The translations under genes were made by a program, and so were the position numbers. The notes under the pieces were generated by a model. That model searched no databases. It had not been told where the DNA came from and saw nothing but the letters and a program-made list of their open reading frames with translations. 64,000 bases of DNA, taken from the NCBI RefSeq assembly GCF_036321535.1, contig NC_087436.1:15314001-15378000 (forward strand), read 5' to 3'. Below are positions 1-11,767 of the stretch, one piece after another. Numbering within the stretch: position 1 is the stretch's first letter; every line of letters begins with the position of its first letter. The DNA is from Camelus dromedarius. Lineage: Eukaryota.

Positions 1-81
1 TCAGGAAGGGCTGAAGCACTCTCGGGGGGCCATCCAGAAAGTTCTTGCCACTTCCTGTCCTGGAGGCGTCCTGAATGGGAT
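1..81 (-). CDS. FHIP1A: FHIP1A final coding exon, 5' part (truncated by window edge): (D)PIQDASRTGSGKNFLDGPPRVLQPFL...
   Basis: Acceptor TTCTTTCTGGTTTCAG|AT. Peptide matches the recalled FHIP1A C-terminal segment; the stop codon lies outside the window. Confidence 0.9.
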   Translation of the reverse strand: MPFRTPPGQEVARTFWMAPRECFSPS

Positions 82-1594
82 CTGAAACCAGAAAGAAGCC
101 AGTCTCGGTGACCCTGCAGAGTCCCTCCCGTTGGCCTCTTAGTGGGGCGTGTGTGCTGCACGGGGGGCAGGGAGGATGGAGGGGCTGGTCTCGGGTCCAG
201 CGGCCACACCGCCCGCAGGCTGAGGACACGGCCCTGCCCGCCCTCACCCCACTCCGTCTGCAGATCTGCCCTGTGGCTCAGCTCCAGCGCAGGGCCTGTG
301 ACCTGAGACTTTGATCCCAAGTTCTATATGAGGAACTTCACGCAGCCACTGTGGCAGGAATATGTTTATCAGGAACCCTCCATGCCTAGGACATGGAGGT
401 CTGGCGGCGAGACAGAAAAAAAGGCATCTCCTGCCGCTGCATCCACAAGTGAAGACTCAGCTCAGCGTGTTATTTAGGGATGTCCAGGGCCTCCACCTGC
501 TCCCCGGCTCCCGTTGTTGGGGGGCCCATCCTGCCTTGGCCAGCTAAGCCCTGACTGCCCGGCAGAGCTGCAGAAGGCGGACTGGGCTACACACCTGGCC
601 CGGGCTCCAGCCTCTGGGGCCCCCTGGCCACCCCCAGCTGCTTCTGGCCGGCACCTCCAGCCTTTGTGGAGAACAGAATGGAATTTGCCTCTTAAAGGTT
701 GGGAATGATGGACAGGAAGCTGGGTGCCAGTGAGACCACACCAGGAACTTCCCTTAACCGTGGGCGTCCGGTGGCAGCGAGTGGCTTGGACCTTCCACTC
801 GAGGAAAGTTTCCAGGGCTTTCGAGCTCAGTCTCGGGTCTAATGTGAGCCTAAGACCATATGAGCCCAAACTTCAACATGTTCCAGTGATTTGCATTTTC
901 ACATCTAAATAGTTCTACCAATTAAAACAGTTTGACTTTCCCAACTGTTTAATTCCTCAGCATCTCTGGCCTTTATATTTCTAGGAATTATTTATGCCTT
1001 CTTCTGCCCCCAACTCAGACTCATTACTCCTTATAAATCATTATATTCCAGCTCTTCATTACTTTGGCTGCTTTTTAGAATTCAGCCCCGTTTTTTAACA
1101 CTCCTCTCAGAGTGTCGTTAACTACAGTACTAAAAATTCTTGACATTTATAGTTCTTTCCACATCTCACTAGTATAGTCTTCAGTGTTAAAAAAAAAAAA
1201 AGTCCTCCACTTTACTGCTTTAAATATCCTTTTAGATTAGAGCTTATCACAGTTCGTGCCACAAAGAACTGGAAACGTGGAGAATCTGCTGCCACCTTTC
1301 AGCAGAAACTCACAAGATGTCTTGACAACAGAGTGAGGACAAAAGTGTTGACATCCTTGAGGACACTGCCAGTCTTGAGGACCGTGCCTCAGCACCCCAC
1401 CCCAGCCCTCCAGCCGCTCAGCTCTCCAAAGGGTCCCACGAGGCTCACCAGGGAAGCTGGCCTGGATACGGTGGGGAACGGGACACCGCGGGCACAAGCC
1501 CCAGACCGAGACACGCACTGCTCACGCCAGTTCCCCCCGCCGGCATTCCTTCCCCACGGCTCTGCACACCTAAACCTCGCCAGGCTTGAAGGGA

Positions 1595-1750
1595 CCAGTG
1601 CAGTAGTTAAGAGCATAGACTCTGCCACTTACTGGCGGAGTGACGACAGGCAATTTGCTCTACCTCTCTGTGCTTCCATGTCCTCATCTGTCAAAAGCTC
1701 ACAGTTGTTAGGGATTAAATGAGTCAACAGGTATCACGACACAAGGTGTC
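1595..1750 (+). mobile_element. MIR SINE
   Basis: GTAGTTAAGAGCATAGACTCTG...CTCTCTGTGC...CCTCATCTGT...GGATTAAATGAG. Confidence 0.65.
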
Positions 1751-3570
1751 AACCATCGTATCACCATCAATTCAGCTGCCGCTGACTTCACAGAGCACCT
1801 CGACTTCCTGCCCAGGAAGTGGTCCCCTGCTCCAGCCCCCACTCGTTTACTTCCCGACCAGGGCTGCAGTGCCCTTCAGCCTTGCCTTGTGGTTTAGGTT
1901 CTTTCTCCTCAGCTAGGCCTTGAGGTTTCTGAGAGCTGAGCCCCTACGTGATGTGTCCTTCGTGGCCCCCAGCGTACTTCCTGATTCACAGGGGAGACTA
2001 ATAACACTTGCTGAATGAACGAGGGGAGGAAGCGACCCACGTCAGGTCTTCCCGACACCTGATCTCCCCGGAGCAGGTTCATTTCATCTCCATCTTCCCG
2101 TTTCAAATTCGTCTCTTTCCCCCAAGAGGGCTTTTGTGGATCATTTATCCAGCTTGATCTATGAATTTTTAAAGTGTCATTGCTCAAGCTCATTTATCCA
2201 GTTGAGTCCAGGAACTAAAACTGTCCACTAATGAATGAAGGCAGGTGCCACCCAGTGAGGGAGCTGGAGGAGTGGCAGGGACACCCCACGGTGGTTCCGT
2301 TCCGTCAGCCGGGGACTGGCCTTCTGTGAGTCGCAAAGCACCACTGAGCTCTAAAAACCAGCAGCCCCAAGTCACGGCCCCCACCTGGCAACTAGCTAAC
2401 CATATGACTCAGCTTCCTTTTCTGTAAAATGGGGATAATGCCTTCCCGACCCCCTTCCAGAACCAGAGATCAGTGAAAGGACTCTGAATACTGAAAGTAA
2501 ATACCATATGGAAAGTACTCGAGAGGAAAACGAAAAGCCTGGCAAGGGGCCGAGCCTCAGAGACCAACAGTGTCAGTAGTGACAGCGTGGCGGGGGGCAC
2601 AGGAAGTGAGGAGTCTCAGGGACTCTGACCTCTGCCTGAGGTGTTAGTGAGGAAGCCTGTCCTGCACCAGGGCTGCCGGGAGGCCGCGGGCGCAGGGCCT
2701 GGACTAGGGAGCAGGGCCTGGACGAGGGATCAGCCCTGGCTGTGGGCCCCTGAGCTACGCCCAGCGTAAAGGGACCCCACGAGCAGGCATGGTGTCTGCA
2801 GGCGAGGAGGGGAGGCAGGGAGGTATGCGTCAGTGTCAGAATCGGGAGCCATCTCCCAAAACGCTGCCCTGGGTCCGCAAAGCTGCACAAAGGGTTTTCA
2901 AGATGACTGCAAAGACATGAGAGGTCAGGAGAGACAACCATTCCCCGGTGTTAGATGGGGCACTGCACAGAGACTCTGGGCCCCCAGGACACGGCCTGTG
3001 ATGGGGCTCTGGTCATTCACTGTCCTGTGTCCCGGTGAGAATGAGGCTCCCAGATTCAACTCATTGAGAGGCGATCACATCCCACACGATGCTTTGGGAG
3101 TCAGTTCTGTCCAAGGGGACAGAAACCTTTGACGTTCTGCAAGTTTAGAGAACTTTAAAGTTGAGGGGAGGGAGTCACTTTGCTAACCTGAAAGAAGTGA
3201 GGAGGTTAATCTAGAAAACTCCATCAAAGGAAGTCTTCTATCCCGAGAGAAGCTGCCTACAAGTCTGCACCCCTGGGACGTCACAGACCTTAGAAACCAT
3301 CCACCAGTGCTGCCCAATCTGACAACCTTATGTGGTGGGAACAAGGTCCCCAGACACATATCTGGCAGCCACGGTCATCACACAGCCTGAAGCACAGGAC
3401 AGAGCACACAGTGTGAGCACCCCCCACCCTCACCCAGATGGTGTGGGTCCAGGGGGCCGGCCAGGGTGTGTGTCCTCGGATCCTCAAACCAGGCCCCTGA
3501 GCTCTGTGATCCTGGCTGACCACCCTGGGCCTCTAATTTCAGCTTCCTGCTTATGAAAATGAAGCCAACA

Positions 3571-3700
3571 GGGGCAGGAGGAGGGTATAGCTCAGCGGTA
3601 GAGTACATGCTTAGCATGCGTGAGGTCCTGGGTTCAATCCCCAGCACCTCCATTAAAAAAATTAAAAATGAATAAATAAAAAAAATCCTTAAAAAAAAAA
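3571..3700 (+). mobile_element. tRNA-Ala(AGC)-derived SINE (camelid vic-1 type)
   Basis: 3581-3652 is a 72-nt tRNA-Ala-like body with A and B boxes, followed by an A-rich tail. Target-site duplication AAAATGAAGC(C/T)AA on both sides. Confidence 0.88.
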
Positions 3701-3959
3701 TGAAGCTAATGGCACCTCTCCTGCCCACTGCACAATGCCGTGCACAATGCTGTTTGAAAATAAAAATTGGGAAAGTACTTTACAAATTGCAAAATACAAA
3801 TGAAGACCAAGCCTGAAGTGCAACTTGAAGACACTGCAGAAATTGCCGTAAGTCCCTGCAACTCTTTACATTGAGAGGTGCGGGTTTGCTCTGGGCTCAG
3901 CCAACAGAATGCAGGGGAATCGACCTTGTGGGGTTCCAAGCTACAGCTCCAAGAGATTC

Positions 3960-4249
3960 TGTGTGCTCCTGCAATCCTACAGCCATGAAGCTGACAAGCC
4001 AGGACTAACCTGCTGGATGATGAGAAACACGGGCCCTGTCATCCCCATCTCCCTGGCCCGCAGCCACTGATGTGAGGAAGGCCACCCGCTGATAGCAGCC
4101 CACGAGCCAATCGCGCCAACGTCAGCCTCGTGGCCGGGACCAGCAGGTCACCAGGGTGAGCACACAGATTCACAAGCCTGAGTGATGGCTTTGTTTTGAA
4201 CCCTGGAGTTTTTGTGGTGGTTTATTTTGCACAAATGCTAACTGATGCA
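3960..4249 (+). mobile_element. MaLR LTR fragment (MLT1)
   Basis: MLT1-type 3' end: TTGTTTTGAACCCTGGAGTTTTTGTGGTGGTTTATTTTGCACAAATGCTAACTGATGCA. Confidence 0.65.
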
Positions 4250-5460
4250 TATCCTCTTGTGGGGTGAGTCTCGGCAGCATGGGCCCCTGCTCAGGAGGGA
4301 CACAGCCAACAGGCCAGCTGTCCACACTGCTAGGAGAGGCCACATGGGGCCCGCAGGCCACCTTCCCACAGACACGGAGGTGGTCTCCCTCCCTCTTCTC
4401 CAGGGTCAATGCTCAAAGCAGCCCCTGCATTTCCCCAGAGACAGAAGGCCCCCGTTTCTTTCAAAGTCTGCCTTGCCGTGCCCTTAGGCCTGTCACGCCC
4501 AGAGTCCTACAGCCATAAAGGACTCCAGAGATGGAGGGAAAACCCTTCACTTAAGAGCTGAAGCACATGAGGCCCAGAGATGCAAAGTGACCAAGATCAA
4601 ACAGCTACACAGAGGTCAAGCCCTCGAAGCCTTAAAGCTGCCCGAGTGAACCTTCTGCCTCGCACTCCGCATTGTTTCTGGTCACGTGCTTTAGCCCAGG
4701 ACTGAGAGCCCCGCTCCCTCCACGGCTCACCTGCCACAAAGAAGCCTGACTTGTCCTGGGGGAGAGAAGCAAAAGCCAGGGCGCTAGGGGCCATCTCCTG
4801 GTCTGCACTCGCCAAGGCCAAAGCCACAGCTCCAAAGACAACTGTCGTCACATCTGTGCAAGCTGACCAGCGAGGCCCGGCAGCTCTGCTCCCCCAACGC
4901 CGCCCTCCCCACCAACCGCTCGGCCAGGGCCCTGGAGCAGCTGGAAAGGTGCTCTCCGGAGGTTCAAGGTGCACATAAACTTTACTACTCCCGGTCCAGA
5001 TGAATGCTTTCTACCTTCTACAGCCCTAAAGCACATTTACTTGAGGCCTGAGAGTCTCTGGAAACATAATAAAGAGAATGGATGCCCTCCTCGGGGTAGG
5101 ACTGGCCAAAAAATCGCTCAGGGTGTGCACATAACACTGCTTTCTGACCCATGTGTACTAAGTTATTTCTTCTAGCCTGGCAATAACCCCATGTCACTCC
5201 TTCTCAGAATTACTCTGAGTTACGAAAACAAATGCCCTGCTAGGCCCTCCAAATGGGGACCAGGCCAGGTGTGGGCAGGGCAGACCTTCCTTTCGGTTTA
5301 AGGACACTCAGAAGAGGCACCTCCCTGTTGGGTAAAAATGGAAATCTATTCATTGCTTTTAGGATCCAGGAGCTGGAGCAGCACCTGCGACCCCAAGTCG
5401 AGAAGCTGGGGAACCGGAGGAGCGGGTGATGGAGAGACACAGGGGAGGAACCTGGCGGAC

Positions 5461-5599
5461 CTTTGGTCAGTGCCTCGGGGCTCGGGTCGGACACGTCCAC
5501 GCGGAAGAGCAGGTACTGCTGGGCTTGGATGAGGAGGCCTGGGAAGTCTCTCTCCACGGAAGCAAACTGCTCGATCTTGTTTTTCACAGATGCGAGGAC
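5461..5599 (-). CDS. FHIP1A: FHIP1A coding exon H, 139 nt: VLASVKNKIEQFASVERDFPGLLIQAQQYLLFRVDVSDPSPEALTK(D)
   Basis: Acceptor TTTTGACAG|GTC, weak donor AAG|GTCCGC; phase 0/1, completing Asp with the AT of the next exon. Confidence 0.92.
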
Positions 5600-5915
5600 C
5601 TGTCAAAACCAGCACTAATGTCGTTAATGCTTCACAACAGAATTCCGCCCTCCATTATCAATACATCTGCCAGGCACAGCCTGCCCCTGCAGGTTTCTAA
5701 CTGCCGGGGTGTTCTTGGGAGGGCACTCTCGGGACATCAAACTAAACAGAGCTTTGCAGTTTTTCTAGAATCATCGACACCACCCCCAGCGTAACGGGAC
5801 AGGGAAGGGGAGCAAATGGATTAGAACAGAGGGTCTTTGAACAACAGCAGTGTGACAGGGGTGGGGGGAGGAGGGGAGGAGCTGGCTCAGCCGCATCTCA
5901 GGCAGCAGGTGGTAC

Positions 5916-6094
5916 CTGGTAGAGGGAGCGGACGCTGGGCTGGAAGACCATGTTGGTGTTGAGCAGAAAGGAGCGCAGGAGGGGCTGCGGGTAGCTGGCC
6001 AGCTGAGTGATGATGCCGATTAGCAGCAAGTTCACGTGCAAGGAGTTCTCCAGCATGTTCTCCAGCTTGGACAGGACCACACTGATGAACGGGC
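5916..6094 (-). CDS. FHIP1A: FHIP1A coding exon G, 179 nt: (G)PFISVVLSKLENMLENSLHVNLLLIGIITQLASYPQPLLRSFLLNTNMVFQPSVRSLYQ
   Basis: Conserved FHIP C-terminal domain. Acceptor CCTTCCGCAG|GC, donor CAG|GTACCA; phase 1/0. Confidence 0.96.
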
Positions 6095-7249
6095 CTGCGG
6101 AAGGACACGAGGCTTCAGGGCTGGCTGGGCACATGGGATATCTCTCCCCCCAAACCAAGGAGCCACGGGAGCCCCCGCTGGCCCACCAGGTGCAAATCAA
6201 ATACAAAGGCGGCACATGCAGCCAGGTCTTCTGCCTCCAATCCCAACCACCGCCACAAAAAGAAAGCAGGAACACGTGCATGGGAGCTAGCATTCTGATG
6301 CTGGGAGCAGTTTCAATCCTTTGAAAATTATCATAGACCTTGAAAAAAACAGATGACAAATAATTTTTAAAATCAAAATATACTTTCCATACTATTTCTG
6401 TATTTCTTGGGGCTGCCAGTGCTCAAAGACATGCCATTCATCGTCCTGTGATGCTGCGTCCTGTAGGGCTTCATGCAAACATTAGAGCCCTTCAGAAGTC
6501 TTAGTGAAAAAAACATTCGTCTTATTAAAGAATAGCAAACACATACCAACTGTGTTTACCAAACAATAGCGCTGTGAACAGGGATTGTCTGTCCCCCATA
6601 AGCACCATGGGAAAGATTCTGTCTCACTAACGTCACAACGTGGAAGAATCAAAAGAAAAATGAGGAGTGAACGCAGCGTGGCCATAACTTTAGGGTCATG
6701 CTTAATTTTCAGGTACAAGGGAGAGAGGAGAGGGGACAGGAGAGAGGGGAAAGGGACTCGGTTTGGGGAGCTATAGTTTGGCATGTAGTACTTCCTTAAG
6801 GGAAATCCCTATGACTATAAAAGCAGTTTGTAAAAAAAAAATAGAAAGAAAATTAGGCAAAAAGCAGCTTTGACTAAATTGGGTCACTCGAAGAATAATA
6901 TGCTTTATGTCTGAGTTCACTGAAGACAGGGAAAATCAAGAAAATAAATCCTGCGTTTAAAAAATTACTTGAAGATGTTTCCCATTTTCACCATAAAAGT
7001 GGTCCATTAAGCAAAATCAATGAGAATTTTCTCTTTTCCCCACTGGAGCTATTGATGATGCCACTAAACCATGGCATATTTATAACAAAAGCACATAACC
7101 CTTGATGAATAAACATGCCTTATGAAGATTTCACCAACATTAATAAGAGTTTAACAAAAACATACTTCCTCACGAGATGCTTCATTCAGAAGCCTTAGTG
7201 GTGTAAGAGGATAAATCCTCTACAAGAAACATAGTTTAAAAAACAAAAT

Positions 7250-7420
7250 AAAACAGATTTCTTCTGTATAGCACAAGGAACTATATTCAATATCTGATAA
7301 TAACCTTTAATGAAAAATAATAAAATGAATATATATATATGCATGACTAGGACATTGTGCTGTACACCAGAAACTAACACATTGTAACTGACTATACTTC
7401 AATTAAAAAAAAGAAAGAAA
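7250..7420 (+). mobile_element. L1 3' end fragment (artiodactyl type)
   Basis: CTGTATAGCACAAGGAACTATATTCAATATC...GACTATACTTCAATT followed by poly(A); similar to the copies at 44496 and 48299. Confidence 0.85.
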
Positions 7421-8799
7421 CAGAAACAAGAAATCTGTGAGGAACGGGACACCAAACTAAGCCTCACCCAGGCAGGCAAAGAGCAGGGGGTAATGGCAAT
7501 GTTCCCAGCACAAGGAACATGGAGGAGGACTCTACCAGGCCTCGAAATAGAAGAGACTCTCGCCTGTATGTTGAGATTAGCCCCCACTTCCCCATCCTTG
7601 GGAGGGGGCTGAGCTCCTGAGTCACTTTCCATGACACAGGAGGTCAATGAACTCTTGAACAGAAAGGCTCTGGGGAGCCACTGCTTACAGAACAAAAGTG
7701 GGAGAGTTTGCCAAACACATTCAGAAACTCTAGATTGGAACCCCACTTTGAAAGCAATTTGATGAGATTCCATCCAGAACCCCAGAAATGTTGCCGGTAC
7801 GTAGCTCTTCTTAATTCTAGCCCTCCAGGAAGATCTGCAAGGAGAAGGCTGCTGTCCTCACTCAAGCCCGCACCCAGTCTTTTCCCATCCCCTCTCACCA
7901 CTCCCCCACAGTCCTGTAGGGCTCAGCATTTATTTCCTTCCAGAAGAGCAAAGACAGGTGAATTAAGTGACACTTGGGAGGGAAGCACCTCCTATAAAAC
8001 AGATCTCCTTAATATGAGCGCTCAACTTCCCTTCCCTATACTTGGCCTCCAGCTATCCTACAAACACGACCGCTGAACCGTGCGGTGGCCACTGAGAACA
8101 TCTATGGTCCATCGCTGCTGTGAGTGAGGGAAAAACCCAGCCTGAACCCCGCGCCCTGCGGAGAGGAGGTGTCATAACTGTCTCACCTGAACGACAGGCT
8201 AGTAGGTCAAGATCAGCAGACTGTCATTGTAATCCACTAACGACATTAATTACAATTTCTTAGGCATGTGCAATAAGAGACATATATTAAACCTTTACAA
8301 GTTCCTATTTTATTTTTAGTTGATTTCTAGCAGTTAAAAAAAAAAAAAAACCTGCTTAGCAAAAAGCAGTTGCTAGGAGAACCTGGCAAGCAGCTGAAAA
8401 TGAGAAAACTCAGCTATAATTCAGAAAGCCACAGGTGTGTATTGGAGATGAGATAGTTTTTCCCCCCTTCCTCTAGGAAGACACATAAATTCCCCACCTG
8501 TAAAATACTGAATTTTCAGAACGACTAACACTGTGTCCACCACCCCTCCCTATCGTTGCCTTCTCTCCTCAGTGTAACATCCCCAACCCCGAGTTTCCCA
8601 GCTGTGGGAGGAGCCGCCACTATGCCCCGCCCTGGCCCCGCCCCTGGCTTGGCCCTGCCCTGGCCCCGCCCCATCGCTTCCACCCTGGAACCCTCTGCCG
8701 AAGGCAAACCAGCACCTCTGCCACCACCTCTGCCAACTGTTGGACTTAGCAACAGTTTCTGTTTTAAAGATTAAAATGATCTAATTTTTTTTTTCTTCC

Positions 8800-9171
8800 A
8801 ACAGTACCAGAATTATAAAGAACAGACCTCCTGCCTGGAGGCAACCCCTGTTAACAGATCCGAGTGTATTCTTCCAGAAATACGTGTATAATAAAACTAA
8901 TAAACTTCTGTGCCTATCATAAACTAATAACTGGTTTATCCTTAAAAGCATTTATTAATCACGTTATGTGCCAGGCAGTGTTCTAAGCACTTTCCATGTA
9001 CCAGTGAGCTTAAATATTCACAACCTACAAAGTGTGCTTATTATTTACCCCCCTTTAAAGATGACACAGAATGCCCAGTGCACAGGTGGTACATGAAGGT
9101 GTCACAATTTTAATTCAGGCCATCTGTTTCCAGCTCCCATGCTCTCAACCAATGCACTGTCTTGAATCCTG

Positions 9172-9208
<37 letters not shown>

Positions 9209-9580
9209 GTGCATGTGTCAATCTCCTGGTGTAAAAAAAAAAAAAAACACCATTTTTTAAACAAATGACAAGATGACAACCTTGTCTACACACCATTCAG
9301 CCCCCTGGTTTTCCACTGCACTTTATATCCCAGAGACACCCCACATCAGCACACACACAGCTGTGTCACTCATTCACAAGATATTCGGTTGCCATGGGTA
9401 TTGCATTAGCAAAAGCAGTCCCCTCCTGGTGGACACTTAGGTTACTCCTGGCCATTTTCTATTACAAATAACGGTGCAGTGAACACCTCTGTGTACACAT
9501 CTTGGCACATCCGTGTGAGCACAGCTGTGAAAATGTTCCCAGGGGCATTATTACTGGCACATTCTCAATTCGGACATGAT
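8800..9580 (-). mobile_element. Ancient L1ME-like fragment interrupted by a MIR (about 8945-9135) and (TG)n (9172-9206)
   Basis: GGTGGACACTTAGGTT...TACAAATAACGGTGCAGTGAACACC L1-type motif; MIR core TGTGCCAGGCAGTGTTCTAAGCACTTT. Confidence 0.55.
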
Positions 9581-9619
9581 GACATGTCTTACTTTGCTCT
9601 TCCTGGTGCCAACCTCTCC

Positions 9620-10150
9620 CCAGTGCTCTCTCCATGCTCTCCAAGCTAGCTTTTTCCTTTCCAAATACAGATCTGGTCACATCATTCACCAACTCTAATA
9701 CTTTGAAGGCATCTTCAGTGCCAGGAGCACAAGACCACCATTCCTCAGCTTGGCCCGAGGGCCCCCATGAGCTGGCATCAACTAGCTTTGTGGCTTCCTC
9801 TCTGCCTCCCATGATCCGTGCCCATCACTTCCATGCGCTGTTAGGCTCCTTTGTCTTCACTTGTCATTTCCTCTGCCTGGACTGTCATCCTCCGCCACTT
9901 TTACCCGGAGGCTTCTGGTCACTCTGTTCCTCCTCTGTGAAGTCTTTCCCACCCCAACCCCTCCCACTGAGCTCCCCAAAAATTCAAATACAATGACTGC
10001 TACACATCTCTCACGAAGAGAGTACTGTTCTTTGTTTACGTCTCCTCTGAAAGTCTACAGGTCCCTTCATTTTTGTGTCCTTGGTAACTGGCACAGAACC
10101 TGCCAAACATTTGGAGATCAATAAAAGATTGCTGAACCCATGAATAAATA
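9620..10150 (+). mobile_element. L2 3' fragment
   Basis: Pyrimidine-rich body ending ...CAATAAAAGATTGCTGAA...ATGAATAAAT, typical of L2 ends. Confidence 0.55.
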
Positions 10151-10792
10151 CAATTAATTAGATCAATGAAATGGGATGCTTTGACTTTGCTGAGAAGCAG
10201 ATTCATTTCAGCGGAAATCAGGATGCCATGGAGAGAGGGGAGTTAAGCCAAAGGCTGCAGAACAGATTCAGAAATTCAGAAACTACAAAGCTTGGATACA
10301 TGGAAGGAGAAAGTACGTTTCCTGAAGCCATATACAAGTTTCAAAGGAGGAAAAAGGAGAGGCTTTAGCTAAAATTACCTATATGTGTCAGAAAACTCAG
10401 ATTGTTTTGTTCTCAGGTGTATCATTCAAAATATTGATGCTATTGAACAAGCGGTGTATTCACTTTCTTTTTGCCCTAAGCTATACTTTGTTTCCTCAAT
10501 TTACATATTTCCCAGGGATGAAGCTCCTTTATAAGCAAGCTGGCATTCTAAAGAACAATCTTCATTAGCGGTGGGTAGCCCGGATGTCCTGGAGAACACT
10601 GCAGACAAAGCTGGGACTCCTGCTAGGTGAGAGTAACCCGGGGGCAGAACTGGGGCTGAGCTGGGTCACTTCTGTCCCCTTCCCTCCCACCAAGCTCTCT
10701 GCCCTGCCTTCAGTGCCTCCCTTCCCTCTTCCCATAGCAATTAGGAAAAGCCAGATTATTTGACCCTTTGTACTTATGATTGACTGATTGAA

Positions 10793-11172
10793 TTTATATA
10801 TATATATATATATTTTTTTTTTTTTTAACTTTTGAAGTATAGTCAGTTTACAATGTGTCAATTTCTGGTGTACAGCATAATGCTTCAGTCATACATGAAC
10901 ATACATATATTCATTTTCATATTTTTTTCACCATAAGTTACTATAAGATATTCAATATAGTTCCCTGTACTATACAGTATGAACTTGTTGTTTATCTATT
11001 ATATATAGTAGTTAGTATCTGCAAATCTCGAACTCCCAATTTATCCCTTCCCACCCCTTTTCCCAGCTGGTAACTGTAAGTTTGTTTTCTACGTCTAGGA
11101 GTCCATTTCTGTTTTGTAAATAAGTTCATTTGTCTTATTTTTTTTAGATTCCACGTATAAGTGATATCATAC
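10793..11172 (-). mobile_element. 5'-truncated L1 with TSD
   Basis: L1 3' UTR with a poly(T)/(TA)n tail on the plus strand. TSD GACTGATTGAA at 10782-10792 and 11173-11183. Confidence 0.9.
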
Positions 11173-11767
11173 GACTGATTGAAAATTAATTAAAATCTAT
11201 TTGCACTGAACTGTTATCTCTGCTAGAACCTCAAGCCTTTTCATTGTGGAATTAAAAGATTTCTCCCTGTTTAAATAAATTTTCAGGCACCAGCAAACAG
11301 AGTAATAAATGTTGGAGGAGGGTGGAAGAGCTCCTTGAAATGATGTTACACCTGCCAGCTGACCTGGAAGTGCTGTAATTTCATGTATTTTGGGTGACCC
11401 CAGGGAGGTAGGGGCATGGTCTCTCCCCACCAAGCTGCTCCCTGCTGGCCAGGGAAGGACAGGCCTCAGCTGAGGCTGCTGCGGGCTGCCTGTGATAACA
11501 GTGATGACACAGCCCCCACCCCACCTCAGTATCACATTTAGTCGTCCCAGGGTTAGGGCACCAAGGCCACATGGCAGGAAGGGTCAGAGCCAGCATTCTC
11601 CCACAGGCCCGACCCCAAGACCAGTCTCTCCCTCTGAGATGCCAGCTCCTTCAGGGACCTCTCCTCTAACTGAAAACCATTCAGGGGTCCCACCCCAGAT
11701 GTCCCTGAGCCTGAGGAACCTCCTCTGTGCCAGGTCCCCGAGTATCATGATTTGCAGGTTCAGATTT

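Noticed and set aside
3581..3652. Functional tRNA-Ala gene
   Set aside because: It has an A-rich tail, a TSD, stem mismatches and several diverged copies in the window, all indicating a SINE.
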